DNA of 61,227 bases, counting the filler. It is 7 parts of 7 records of this genome, joined end to end, with 100 filler letters (N's around TTAATTAATTAA, not from the genome) between each part and the next. Parts side by side here need not be neighbours in the genome. Positions count along the whole stretch, not along the records: positions 15,947 to 21,695 come from SRR31147125_47882; positions 21,796 to 36,830 come from SRR31147125_47883; 5 more parts are not named here. The stretch is one strand, 5' to 3'. Position 1 is the first letter of the stretch; each line of letters begins with the position of its first letter. The position numbers and the translations under genes are program-made. The notes under the pieces were generated by a model that worked only from the letters and a program-made list of their open reading frames with translations, was not told the DNA's origin and ran no database searches. Shown piece after piece: positions 21,060 through 32,708 of this stretch.

Positions 21060-21124
21060 TCCTTAGCCTTTCCCATTGCAGATCCTCCCGGCCGAACCCC
21101 GTCCCCGGGCCGAATTGCGGAAGA

Positions 21125-21695
21125 CTATCCCTGCTGCCAGGAAAAGATCACCCGGCCGTCCTGCCCCTGGGTGCGCATAAGCCTGGCCCGTCCCTCCATA
21201 TGAGCCAAAACGGTTTTGATGACCGTGAGATGGGCCCGGGTGCACCTGGCCAGCCACGGCCCCCTTGCCACCTCGTCCAGGACCTCTGTGATGATTTCGC
21301 TTTTGACCAGGGGCCATTTCCGGTTCCCGAAATTGGTCCTGGAAATCCGTTCACAAGTGGGAACCACCACCAGGGAATCCGCCATTTGAGAATCAAAAAC
21401 CTCAGGTTCAAAAGCCTTTGCATAGCGTTCATACCGGTGAAAAAGCTCCCGGTTCAGGGCCTTCATATCCGGCTGGTCCCCTATGGCCGCCGCCATTTTC
21501 CGGGCCAGGTCACGGGCCTGGGCCGCCCCCCCATGGCTGTCCTGATCCAGAAAAGGCAGAATGGCATACACAAAGGAACGGGGGATCCAGTACTCCTTAA
21601 ACCTGGGATTGATATAACCGGCAAAGGGCTGCTCCCATTCATGGCTGGGCACACCGTGGAGGTCAATGATATATTCGGGCAGCCAGCGTTCAAAA
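21125..21695 (-). CDS. C-terminal part of an M14-like zinc carboxypeptidase family protein (5' partial)
   Basis: Frame open to contig edge: ERWLPEYIIDLHGVPSHEWEQPFAGY and IITEVLDE resemble the M14 third Zn-ligand and catalytic-Glu segments. Confidence 0.65.
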
Positions 21696-21795
21696 NNNNN
21701 NNNNNNNNNNNNNNNNNNNNNNNNNNNNNNNNNNNNNNNTTAATTAATTAANNNNNNNNNNNNNNNNNNNNNNNNNNNNNNNNNNNNNNNNNNNN
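21696..21795. other. Artificial contig spacer
   Basis: Same 100-bp linker. Confidence 0.98.
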
Positions 21796-22056
21796 CCTCC
21801 CTTGCGATTTGGTGAAGCCTATTTCGGCCCTCATTTTATGGATTATATTGATTTATCCATTTATTGTTCAGGACTTTTTACTGAGCAAAGCTGGGACGAT
21901 GCCTGGATAAATCTTGGCAGCCAGGTCAACATGCATTTTCACCACTGGTTCAATTTAGAATCAACGATTTCTTTTGGTGTTGCCAAGGCATGGAACCGTC
22001 ATCAAAGTTCCTGGGAGTGGTTCATTTCCTTCAAACCTTTAAAAACATTAAATTAA
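21796..22056 (+). CDS. 3' end of a probable outer-membrane beta-barrel protein (partial)
   Basis: Open from the contig edge; alternating aromatic/hydrophobic strands ending WEWFISFKPLKTLN. Confidence 0.4.
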   Translation, partial: PPLRFGEAYFGPHFMDYIDLSIYCSGLFTEQSWDDAWINLGSQVNMHFHHWFNLESTISFGVAKAWNRHQSSWEWFISFKPLKTLN

Positions 22057-22137
22057 TTGGCCGAACAAATCCTCCTTGTTTTTACATTCTCTCCAGTATT
22101 AACCGCGTGAGCCTGGCTGCACCATCGTTCTGTGTGT

Positions 22138-23514
22138 CTAACTCTTTTCAAACAAAGGCAAAGAGAGGGTAAAAGTAGCACCATACCCTAATTGACTTTC
22201 AACAGAAAGATTACCTCCATGCTTTTTAGCAATTTCCTGACTAATGCTCAAACCATAGCCATGTCCACCTGCTTTATCTGAAAAAAGTGGGGCAAAAATT
22301 CGTTTTTGTTTTTCTTTTTCAATTCCAGGCCCTGTATCTGTGACACTGAGCTTCACTTCATTCTTTTCCTCTTCGTATTGAGTCGCAATAGTAATATGGG
22401 TATCTGGTTTTACCTCTATGGCGTTTGTAACCAGATTATAAAGAATTTGCTGAATCTGCCCATTGTCCACTCGCAGATCGGGAATATTTTCATCGAAATC
22501 TTCTTCAAATGTTGTCTCGGATTTATCATAAACGGGTCGAATAAATTCAAGGAATTCATGTACCAGTGAATTCAGATCCGCTTTCGTCAATTTCGTGTCT
22601 AAATGGGAATTGGACATAAGACCTTGTGAAAATCGAGATATACTTTCAAGCATGTTGTCCACTTTATTAAGACGCTTCAAAACCTGCTGTTTATCTTCAT
22701 CCGCTTCAATAAATTTTATGGATAGTTCCAGATTTCCATAAATACCAGCGAGTAAATTATTTAACTCATGCCCTATCCGAGCCGCCATTTTTCCACGAGC
22801 CGTCATTTTTTCAGCATAGATCAATCTTTCATGAGCATTTTGTAACTTGTCATAAGATGTTTTAACTTTTTGATAAAGCTGTGCATTTCGAATAGCCACA
22901 GCAGCCTGATCAGCAAAAACCTGAAAAAGCTGACTCTTTATTTGCGAACGGCCGATCAATGGCTTTGAACTGTCCGCATAAATAACACCAACAAGTTCAT
23001 CTTTAACCAATAGAGGACAGCAAACAACACTACGTAATTTTAGTGTTTGTACACTCAATGTTGGCGAATACTCCTCATCTGTTAAAGCATCCTCTATATA
23101 AGCCATCTTTTTACTTTCAACAGCTTGTTGTAAAAAACTGCTACTGATCTGAAATTCTTTGTCAGTGAGATTGTTTCGCTGCGAATCCCTGGCGACCTTG
23201 AACTGAAGGCCACCTTTTGTATTCTTTAACATTAAAAAACCTCTTTCAGCCTGGATCACTGCAATCGCAGCGTCAATGACATGCTCAAGAACTGCTGTCA
23301 GATTTAAAGAGGCATTCATCAGTCTAAAATTTTCCAGTAACTGTGAAATAAACTCCCAATCACCTATTTTGCTATCTTCTTCTTTACTCGTCAGTTCCTG
23401 ATCCAATTCAGTTACATCTTTATCCAGATCGGAGAACATAGTGAGTAAGTCTAATTCCGCACCGGAATCCCCATTTGGATTCTGCTGGCTCAAAGTATCA
23501 CTATATACATTCAT
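22138..23514 (-). CDS. Soluble GAF-domain sensor histidine kinase
   Basis: GAF (AERGFLML, SVVCCPL, GVIYADS, QAAVAIRNAQLY), H-box HELNN, N-box NLVTNA, DTGPGI, GHGYGL; GGAGGAGG SD; no transmembrane helix. Confidence 0.92.
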   Translation of the reverse strand: MNVYSDTLSQQNPNGDSGAELDLLTMFSDLDKDVTELDQELTSKEEDSKIGDWEFISQLLENFRLMNASLNLTAVLEHVIDAAIAVIQAERGFLMLKNTKGGLQFKVARDSQRNNLTDKEFQISSSFLQQAVESKKMAYIEDALTDEEYSPTLSVQTLKLRSVVCCPLLVKDELVGVIYADSSKPLIGRSQIKSQLFQVFADQAAVAIRNAQLYQKVKTSYDKLQNAHERLIYAEKMTARGKMAARIGHELNNLLAGIYGNLELSIKFIEADEDKQQVLKRLNKVDNMLESISRFSQGLMSNSHLDTKLTKADLNSLVHEFLEFIRPVYDKSETTFEEDFDENIPDLRVDNGQIQQILYNLVTNAIEVKPDTHITIATQYEEEKNEVKLSVTDTGPGIEKEKQKRIFAPLFSDKAGGHGYGLSISQEIAKKHGGNLSVESQLGYGATFTLSLPLFEKS

Positions 23515-23566
23515 CTTTCCTCCTCCGCACCTATCCCTAAGGCATTTGTTTATATTACCAAGTTTG

Positions 23567-26500
23567 TTATTTCACTAATCGGCTTTGTACTTTTTTAATC
23601 TCATTGACAAGTTCCATATTTTCTTTCGAGCTGAGAAACGTCTTTTTTAACTCTGCTTGCTTTATGGAAGCCAATACAGATTTCAAATGTTGAAATGCCA
23701 CCCTATATTCCTGAAAAGCTTTTCGATCATTTCCGGCAAGACATAATAGTCGTCCTCTGATCAGATAGATATCTTTTATGCTCAGAAACAGTCCCAGCGT
23801 CCTGGCCATTTTTTCTGCTTTTTGTAAAATCTCTTCGATATATGTCTTTTCAATACCAGCAGACATCATTGCTTTTGCCTGGAGAATGAGAGCCTTGACG
23901 TGATACCATCTATAATTTTTTGCCTCTAATGTTGTAATGAGTTCCTTTATCATTTCAATCAGATTAAGTGTTAATCCACGTTCCAGATGAACGCGAATGC
24001 GTTCCAAACTGATTTCGATATCGAGAATAGGATCATTCTCATTCAAACAAATTTTTTCGGCTTTGGCTAAATAAATGTCCTCCTTTTCATTAGCAAAAAA
24101 CTCTCGTTCTCTATTTTTTAAAATGTAATAAACACCTAATCTCTCCTTCGTACTATTGTCTACAGCTTTTATCAAACAATCATCGATATTTTGTTTAAAC
24201 ATATCCTTTTTGTTTAGTAATAAAAATACTTTTGCTTTATAATAAAGTAATTCCGCTTCTGCCCTTGCATCGTTTATTCTCCGGGCATATTTCAAACCTT
24301 CGTCCAGTATTTCCAATGACGCAGAATAGTCTTCCCGATAATAATCCAGTTCACCCAAATTCAATAAAACTTCAATCAAACCCTTTAGATTACCAATTCT
24401 CTGATAAAGACTTTTTGCCCTGATGTAAAAACTATAAGCACGGGAGTATTCACCCTGATGAAATAAGGAAATTCCAAAATTATTATATGTTTCTGCCAGG
24501 CCATTAAAATCACCAATACGTTCCCGAATGTTAAGGCATTCCTCATACTTTTCAATAGCTTTTTTACTGTTACCGGTGATATTATACATCATGCCGATAT
24601 TACTAGTTGTGGTGGCCAGCCCTTTTTCATCTTTTAATTGTTTTTTTATTTTCGCACTTTTCGAAAACTGTTTTATTGCCTGCTCCCAATTTCCCGATAA
24701 ATAATAGGCAACGCCAAGTCTATTAATTGTAATGGCCAGAGCGCGACCTACTTTTCTCTGCACCAATTCATCATAAGCCATTTGCCCAAGTTTTATGGCA
24801 AGCTCCTTATTTCCCTCCATGCCTGCAGTCCAGGATTTTTCACTTAAAAGCAAGGCGCGTTCGACTCGTGCATTTTTAGATACCTGATCCAAAGCACAAT
24901 CTAATGTTTTATTTGCATTTTCCATATTTCCGAGCTTATGATAAATAGAAGCAATATGTCTCAATATCGCAGCCCTGGCTACTCCGGGTTTGTACCTTGA
25001 AGATATATTTTTAAAAGTCTCCAGGGCACTTTTTGTTTCTCCTAACATATCCTGCAACTGCGCGATTCGTCTTTGAAATCCAAGCTCAAACCGGGAAGTA
25101 TTGTCCTCACAACTTGAAAGAGCCAAAGATGCTATTTTAAGAGCGGGCCTGTGGGCATATTCGGAACACATCCTTTTATAGGCACGAGCCGCACATGTCA
25201 GTCCCTTCTCCTTTAGACCAGCTTTAAGATAATGATAGGCAAGTTGTTCAACTCCTACCTGTTTGTTTCCACTTGTCTCTAACATCCTGACTATTTTAAA
25301 GTGTAATTCACGACGCTGGTATGAGGTTAACTGATCATAGATAGTTTCTCTTATACCATTTGACCAAAGATCAAATTTCTCCACAAAATCGGATTGGATC
25401 TTTTTCAAAATATTCTTAGTCAACAACGATGTTAAACTTGATTCAATGTCAGCAGATTCTTTTTTCAACAGATTTTTGATAAAAGCTGTATCAACAGATT
25501 CTCCATATACGACAAGCAATTGAACAATTTCTTTATGCGGTTCAGGTAATCTATCATATATCTTGATATAAAGCTCTGTGATATTTTTCGGAGCGATTTC
25601 GGACAAATTATAATTATCAGCCAGTACCCACACACCCTGAGAGCGAGTAAAATATCCTTTTTTATTGAGTTCAGCCAGGGACAAGGCGATAATTTCAAGT
25701 ACACCACCCGTCTGTTTATAAAGTTCTTCATAAACTTTATTTGATAACATGGAATTTTCAAATCCATGTTTCAGCAAGGATTTTATATCCTCTTCTACCA
25801 GATGTCCAATATTTATCTCAATAGAAGCCCGAAGAGAATTATTCTTTCTGCGATATTCCGGCTTTTCTCCTGAGATTGCCTGTCCCGGACGAACTGGTAC
25901 AAAAAACAACTTGAGAAGAAAGAGATCTGGCCAGAAAGTAATAAAGATCCAATGTTCCTTCATCCGCAAACTCGATGTTTCTCAGAATAAAAACAAAAGG
26001 ATTTACTTTAGCAGCATCCTCGAGGGCTTGAGATATATTTTCAAAAAACTGATATCGTAATAATTCAGGCTCTTTTCTGACCTTCTTTTCGATATTAACG
26101 TCATGTTCACTTAAATTTTCATAATAGTCTGTATAGATCTTTTCAATGGAAGCCTCGAGAACCTCATTGCTTTTGCAGGCATCCATAATTGGTTTATAGG
26201 ATGAATCAATCCCGGGAAAACAGTAACCCTCACATACCACAACATCCTTGACTTGTAATTTGTGTTTTATTTCATCTAAAATTAATTCGTGCCCGCTTCC
26301 CTCATTTCCCAGGATGGTGATAAAATTACATTCATCTTTATCCTGTCCATTGTCACCCGGATTCAGGATTTGAAAAATCTGATTAATCGCGGATTCTACC
26401 TGAGCCGACTTGCTGTGTTTAAATGAGTTATATAATATTGAGGGGATGGTATCGCTAATATCAATTATTCCATCTTTTAACTCATTCAAGGCATCTATGA

Positions 26501-27323
26501 CCTGCCCACTTGTCTTGAATCTTTCAATAGGATCCTTGGACAAAAGCCTTAAGATAATATTTTCCAATTCTTTTGGAACATCTGGCCTGAAAGAAGACAA
26601 ACTTTTGGGATTCACAGCTAAATGCCCGCGCTTTATTTCATCAGCGCTTCCTGTAAATGGCGCATTACCAGATACAGCCCAATACATCAACACCCCGATC
26701 GCATAAAGATCTGTTTGTGGTGTCAAAGGCGCGCCCCGAAAGCGTTCCGGTGCCATATATGCTACTGTGCCGCTCATTTGTTGTACGTCACTATCCGCAT
26801 GAGAACCCGATAATCCAAAATCCATGATTTTTAATTGCGGATTTTGCTTATCTTTTTTCAAAACAAGTATATTTTCGCTCTTTATATCGCCGTGATAAAC
26901 ACCCGCTGAATGGATAAAATCAATAGCCTGAACAAGTTGCGCAAAAAGTGTGATAATCATTTCAATGGACTGTTTTTCAATAAAATTGAAAAATTCAACC
27001 CCTTCTAAATACTCCATTGTAAAATAATATTTGTCCAGCTCGCTGGATTTACCAAAATCATAAACTTTCACCAGATTCGGGTGTTCCATAGATGCCAGGA
27101 CACTAAATTCTTTCCTTAACGATTCTGCCGCATCATTTGAAACCAGATCACTGTGCAACAACTTGAGAACGACTTGTTCCCTTTCCCGGGCTAGATCCTC
27201 AACAAGATGAACTTCACCCATGCCACCACTTCCTAGCTTTTTTAAAAGCCGGTAACGGTTTTTTATAATAGCCTCTGTCTCTGGCTGGGGCGCAGGTGAA
27301 ATTTCTACTGAATACAACGACAT
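23567..27323 (-). CDS. Hanks-type Ser/Thr kinase fused to a degenerate STAND/AAA-like NTPase and TPR array (~1250 aa; frameshift near 25870-25910)
   Basis: Kinase motifs GSGGMGEV, HGDIKSEN, DFG, YMAPE; overlapping ORFs 25839-27323 and 23567-25969 give the known kinase-ATPase-winged helix (QTGG, LAYHY)-TPR order. Confidence 0.82.
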
Positions 27324-27345
27324 GTAATATTAACAGTCTCCAGAA

Positions 27346-28929
27346 TTACTCAATATACCAATCGGCCAAATTATAATAAGTAGAAGAAGGTGCAAAATCA
27401 TATCCTTTGACTCTTTCATTTAAACCAACGAGTCTATCCGGCACCCACAGAAAAGTTGCCGGCTGATCTTGCATAATAATTTTTTGAAAATCAGTCCACA
27501 GCTCAAGAGCTTGTGAATAATCGAGCGTGGACCTGGCTTTTTCTATAATTTTGTCAACAGATGGATTTTCATAACAGCATAAATTAAAACCATTGTCCCC
27601 TACCATTGAAGAATGCCAAACAGGAAAAAGATCAACCTTTGTCGCTGTCATCATGCCCATAAGAATAGAATCAAAATCCCGTGCCATCAACTTTTCTAAA
27701 AATACGGACCACTCTAATTTCTGGATCATGACTTTAATGCCCACATTTTTCAACATTTCCTGAATCATAACCTGAGCATCTTCCCGGGTTTGACTTCCAA
27801 GACCTGTCAGGAGAGTGAATTCAAATTCCATATTGCCCTTTTCAAGTATGCCATCATTGTCAGAATCCTTCCAACCAGACTGAGCGAGAAGTGTTTTTGC
27901 TTTTTCCGGATCAAAAGAATAAACATCATAATCTGATTTATATGCCCACAACATAGAATGAATAGGACTATGACATACAGAACCATAACCGGCCAGCAGG
28001 TGGTCAACCATAGTTTGTCTGTCAATAGCAAGGGTCAATGCTTTTCGAATGTTTTTATCCGCAAACAAGGGATTTCTTAAATTCCAGGCTACCTGAACAT
28101 ATTGCATAAACGGAAAATGCTCAAATTTCACCTGACTATTGGAACCGGCCTTTTCAACATCTTTAAAAGAGACACCATCTACCACATCCACTTCACCGGT
28201 ATACAGTTGTTTAAAAAGCTGAATTTTGTCAGGAACAATCTTGAACACTATTTGATTTATGACTGGTTTTTCAGGAACATAATATTTTTCATTCCTGACA
28301 AGTTCAATATATTGATTCGTCACCCAGGACTTTAATTTATATGCACCGCTAAAAGTCGTAAATTCATTAAATCTTAAAGTTTTAATTTCATCAACAGACA
28401 TTTTTTCAAGGATATGCTTAGGTAAAATAACACCATCGTTAATATCCATAAGTTGATCAGGATACGCTTTTTCAAATACAAATTGTACTGTTGAATCATT
28501 AACAACCTGAACTTTTTGAATTTTATCCTTAACACTGGCACCAACCCAGCCAATGGATTTGTCAGTCTGCAATTTATAGGTAAACTGTATATCCTCTGCT
28601 GTTATCCTGAGGCCATCACTCCAAAAAGCATCTGTTCTCAGGTGAAAAGTTATTTTCTTCCCATCCTTATGGACATCCCATGATGTGGCCAGTTCCGGTT
28701 TAAAACTTTTAAAATCGGATTCTTCCTGCATCAAATTTAAAAACAACATTTGCGACACGTCGTTACCAAATCTCGAGTGTGTCAACAATGGATTCAAGGA
28801 ATCCACATCGCCTGATATGCCTATCACTAAAATATCTTTCGGACGGTCTACCTGGCCGCAGAAAATAATTTGAAAAAATAGTACCAGGACCAGGACAAAA
28901 ACGCTTTTTGAAAGTATCTTTTTTAGCAT
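27346..28929 (-). CDS. oppA: Peptide ABC transporter substrate-binding lipoprotein (family 5)
   Basis: Lipoprotein-type signal (IIFC), SLNP, LATSW, WSDG..ITAED, RKALTLAIDR, GWKDSDNDG. Confidence 0.88.
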   Translation of the reverse strand: MLKKILSKSVFVLVLVLFFQIIFCGQVDRPKDILVIGISGDVDSLNPLLTHSRFGNDVSQMLFLNLMQEESDFKSFKPELATSWDVHKDGKKITFHLRTDAFWSDGLRITAEDIQFTYKLQTDKSIGWVGASVKDKIQKVQVVNDSTVQFVFEKAYPDQLMDINDGVILPKHILEKMSVDEIKTLRFNEFTTFSGAYKLKSWVTNQYIELVRNEKYYVPEKPVINQIVFKIVPDKIQLFKQLYTGEVDVVDGVSFKDVEKAGSNSQVKFEHFPFMQYVQVAWNLRNPLFADKNIRKALTLAIDRQTMVDHLLAGYGSVCHSPIHSMLWAYKSDYDVYSFDPEKAKTLLAQSGWKDSDNDGILEKGNMEFEFTLLTGLGSQTREDAQVMIQEMLKNVGIKVMIQKLEWSVFLEKLMARDFDSILMGMMTATKVDLFPVWHSSMVGDNGFNLCCYENPSVDKIIEKARSTLDYSQALELWTDFQKIIMQDQPATFLWVPDRLVGLNERVKGYDFAPSSTYYNLADWYIE

Positions 28930-28985
28930 GAAAACATTTTCCTTTATTTCAGACAAACAAACTTGATAAACGTATTTCGCTCGTC

Positions 28986-29804
28986 TCAGCTTTTCGAAAT
29001 CCGAAATACGTCCTGCAATCGCTCTCCGATAATATTAATACAAAAAACAGTTGTAACAATGGCCAGTCCGGGGAAAATACTCAACCACCAGCCACTTGTT
29101 AACACCTCTCTGCCTTCATTAATAATGTTACCCCAACTCGGGTTCGGAGGTTGCACTCCCAGACCCAAAAAACTGAGTGATGATTCCAACAAGATAACAT
29201 TACCAACCATAAGCGTTGCTGACACGATAATGGGCGCTAATAAATTGGGTAATATATGACGAAATAAAATGCGAATTCTGGAAATACCCAAAACCTTTTC
29301 TGCCAGTATAAATTCTCTTTCTTTTAATGATAACGTTTGATTACGAACCAACCGTGCAATATCCATCCAGCTCAATAAACCTATCACAAAAATAATCCAC
29401 CACAAAGAGTTAGGACCGATTAGCGCAACAATAGCGAGAATAAGAAAAAATTGCGGAAAAGCCATAAAAACATTAATAATCCAACTGAGACACGAATCCA
29501 GAAAACCTCCAACATATCCGGATAAAAGCCCGTAAGGAATCCCAATGCATAACGTTAACAGAACCGAACAGAGTGCGACAAGCAGAGAGATTCGTCCGCC
29601 ATACAAAAATCGAACAAAAACATCCCGGCCAAATTTGTCTGTACCAAACCAGTGTTCTGTGGATGGCGACTGATACGATTCTGTAATGGACTGGGTGGAT
29701 GGGCTGGTGTCAATAAAAACCGGGATAAAAACCAGACTCAATACAAGAAAGCTCAACAAAAGAACCGATAGTTTGGAGATTTTTGTTTTTATGAATTTTC
29801 TCAT
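28986..29804 (-). CDS. oppC: Peptide ABC transporter permease
   Basis: FGTDKFGRD, RHILPN, LSFLGLGVQPPNPSWG. Confidence 0.9.
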   Translation of the reverse strand: MRKFIKTKISKLSVLLLSFLVLSLVFIPVFIDTSPSTQSITESYQSPSTEHWFGTDKFGRDVFVRFLYGGRISLLVALCSVLLTLCIGIPYGLLSGYVGGFLDSCLSWIINVFMAFPQFFLILAIVALIGPNSLWWIIFVIGLLSWMDIARLVRNQTLSLKEREFILAEKVLGISRIRILFRHILPNLLAPIIVSATLMVGNVILLESSLSFLGLGVQPPNPSWGNIINEGREVLTSGWWLSIFPGLAIVTTVFCINIIGERLQDVFRISKS

Positions 29805-29831
29805 AATCTTTTTTTAAATACTCATCACAAA

Positions 29832-30800
29832 TTAAGCTGGTTGCAAACGAATTCGTGGATCTATCAAAGCACAAAGAAAATCAGCTAAAAGATTACCCAC
29901 AACGACAAAAACAGCCATGATAAACGTGCAGGCTATAATAATCGGGTAATCACGAGCAAAGGTGGAAAGCACAATAAGCCGACCCATACCTGGCCACGAA
30001 AAAATAATTTCTATAACAATTGAACTGCCTACCAACGAAGGAAAATGTTGCCCGACAAGTGTTACAACCGGAACAAGAATATTTTTAAACATATGTTTCG
30101 AAATAAGACGCCTCTCTGAAAGCCCTCTGGCTCTGGCAGCCAGGATATACTCTTGATCCATGACATCAACAAGGCATTGTCGGATATATCGGGCCATAAA
30201 AGCCATGGAAATCAGACTCAAAGATAAAAGCGGTAAAATGAGATGTAAAACTCTGTCTACAAATTGCTGCCAGCCGGATAATCGATCTATATAATAGGAC
30301 ATCATTTGTGACGAGGGTAACCAATGCACAGTTTCTGAAAACATCATGATTAACAACAACGCGACCCAAAAACCTGGAACGGCATAAAGTGTCAAAGTAA
30401 TCCACTTGAGCGATTTGTCAAGAATGGAATGGCGTTTTAAAATTTGCAGCATCCCAATTAAAATTCCACCAACGACCTGAACGAAAAGTGCGGACAATGT
30501 TAAAATCAATGTATTGGGCAACGTTTCTCTTATAACATCCATAACAGGCCGGTGACTGGAATAGGACACACCCCAATCTCCGCCCAGGAGATCAGATGAC
30601 CAGCTCAAAAACTGCTCAACGATCGGCTTTTTAAGCCCCAGTTCTTCTTCCAATATCCGGACGCTTTCTCCACCCTGTTTGGGATCAAAAGCCATAACAG
30701 CCGGATTCCCGGGACTCATTCTTGTGAGAAAAAAAGTTCCTATCAAAATTCCCAGGATAAGAAATAAACCTGCTACTATTTTTTTTATAAAATAACTCAA
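29832..30800 (-). CDS. oppB: Peptide ABC transporter permease
   Basis: PGNPA, YILAARARG, EIIFSWPGMG, DPRIR; TTG start overlapping the upstream TGA. Confidence 0.9.
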   Translation of the reverse strand: MSYFIKKIVAGLFLILGILIGTFFLTRMSPGNPAVMAFDPKQGGESVRILEEELGLKKPIVEQFLSWSSDLLGGDWGVSYSSHRPVMDVIRETLPNTLILTLSALFVQVVGGILIGMLQILKRHSILDKSLKWITLTLYAVPGFWVALLLIMMFSETVHWLPSSQMMSYYIDRLSGWQQFVDRVLHLILPLLSLSLISMAFMARYIRQCLVDVMDQEYILAARARGLSERRLISKHMFKNILVPVVTLVGQHFPSLVGSSIVIEIIFSWPGMGRLIVLSTFARDYPIIIACTFIMAVFVVVGNLLADFLCALIDPRIRLQPA

Positions 30801-31634
30801 ATGCCTACAACACTTTTCTGGTATAATGAATTTATGGCCGATTCGATTAAATTTTCGATATAGATATCAGATACCTTAAAAGTACCAACCAGTTCACCCT
30901 GGCGCATAACGCCAACAGTATCCGCTATATTTCTGACAATGGATAAATTATGAGTGATAAAAAGTATAGTCAGGCCATAGCGTTTTTTAACGTCTTTAAT
31001 AAGATTAATAATTTCCGCTTCGGTTGTCACATCCAGATTTGATGTAGGTTCATCACATATCAACAGTTGGGGGCGTCTAAGCAAAGCTCGTGCGATACAA
31101 ACCCGTTGCGCCTCTCCCCCACTTAATTGATTCGGGTAACGTTCCAGATGATATTCTTCCAACCCGACCTGTTCTATCAACTGATAAATATCAAGTAATC
31201 GTTCATTTTTTTCTTCTTGTCCTCAAACAGCAAGGTTTCGTATAACAGATCCCGAATTTTTTCCTTGGGCTCAAAGCTGCCCTGGGATCCTGAAATATGG
31301 CCTGACATCTGTTTCGAAACCAGTCTTGATTACCCTTGAGCAACTGATCCATATTTTGGCCGTATACATATATGTCACCCCTGTCCGGTTTAACAAGACC
31401 AAGTAATATTTTGCACAATGTTGTTTTTCCAGCGCCTGAGTTTCCGACAAGAGCAAAAACTTCATTATCGTGTACTGAAAAACTGACATTCTTTAAAGAA
31501 ACAAATCGGTCGCGACGAAATAGATTTAAAGATTCTTCTTTAAACTCTTTATAAAGTACACTCGCCTCTAAAACAACTGTCCGTTTATCGATCTCTGCCA
31601 AATTGACACCATCCTTTTTCATTTTCAATTGCAC
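30797..31634 (-). CDS. oppF: Peptide ABC transporter ATPase (two poly-A frameshifts at ~31206-31212 and ~31257-31262)
   Basis: GNSGAGKT and IFQDP in one ORF, YPNQLSGGEAQR and CDEPTS in the next; adding one A to each run gives KKIRDLLYETLLFEDKKKKNERLLDIYQLIEQVGL. Confidence 0.82.
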
Positions 31635-31686
31635 ATCTAAATTTTGAATAAAGGATTCCTATCCGTTGCGGAATCCTTTGCACTCA

Positions 31687-32538
31687 TCACGTATGAATAA
31701 TAGTCATCATATCATTTAAAAATGACATATCCTGAAAAGAGTTTGATCTTCCATGGTACATCAATCTTTTGGTGTAAGGATGTTGTGGATCTGTAGCCAC
31801 TTTGTTAGATGTACCTTCTTCGATTATCTCTCCTTTTTGCAGTACGACAATGTGGTGTGCGTATTTTTGTGCTAAATGAATATCGTGTGTAATAAAAATC
31901 ATGGTCATTTCATTCAACTGACACAGATTGACCAGTCTGGATAAAATGGCAATTTTCAGGTTCGCGTCAAGAGCTGATGTAGGTTCATCAGCGATTATGA
32001 GTTGCGGTCTGCAGGCTAAAGCCATGGCAATCATGATACGCTGCCTCATGCCACCACTTAATTGATGTGGATACGAACGGTAATTTTTTTCCGGCGGATC
32101 CAAACCTAACTGCTTAAATAATTCTTTAATATTATTTTTTGCTTCCTTTTTGGACATATGCAGGTGATATCGCATTGTTTCACATATCTGATTACCCACT
32201 CTGAATACAGGATTTAATGCCAGCAAAGGTTCCTGAAATATCATACCTATTTTCTGTCCACGCAGAGATCGCAGATTCATATTTAAACCAGGATATATTT
32301 CCATACCATCATAGAAAATATAACCCGTGACTTCAACATCCGGTCTGTTTTCAAACAGACGCAGAATCGATCTGGACAGCGTTGTCTTACCGGATCCGGA
32401 TTCTCCGACCAGAGCCAATACCTGACCTTTGTACAATTTCAGGTTAATATTTTTTAAAGCCTGAAATAGCTGCGGCCTTGTAAAGGTGACCGATAAATCA
32501 CGTATTTCTAAAAGCAAACTGTTCTGCATATGCCACAA
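31687..32538 (-). CDS. oppD: Peptide ABC transporter ATPase
   Basis: GESGSGKT, IFQEP, YPHQLSGGMRQR, ADEPT, PQHPYT. Confidence 0.9.
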   Translation of the reverse strand: MWHMQNSLLLEIRDLSVTFTRPQLFQALKNINLKLYKGQVLALVGESGSGKTTLSRSILRLFENRPDVEVTGYIFYDGMEIYPGLNMNLRSLRGQKIGMIFQEPLLALNPVFRVGNQICETMRYHLHMSKKEAKNNIKELFKQLGLDPPEKNYRSYPHQLSGGMRQRIMIAMALACRPQLIIADEPTSALDANLKIAILSRLVNLCQLNEMTMIFITHDIHLAQKYAHHIVVLQKGEIIEEGTSNKVATDPQHPYTKRLMYHGRSNSFQDMSFLNDMMTIIHT

Positions 32539-32708
32539 AATTCTTTATTCATTGAACAATTAATTATGCATTTTCTGCAATATGACTAAATCTGCAACGA
32601 AATATGACCTTTTTGTCCATTAAAAGGGACACCCTATCCATCTTATGCCACAATTGGTTTTCTAAGTCTATATAATTAGAAACAAAAGATCCATTACGCA
32701 GTATATTT

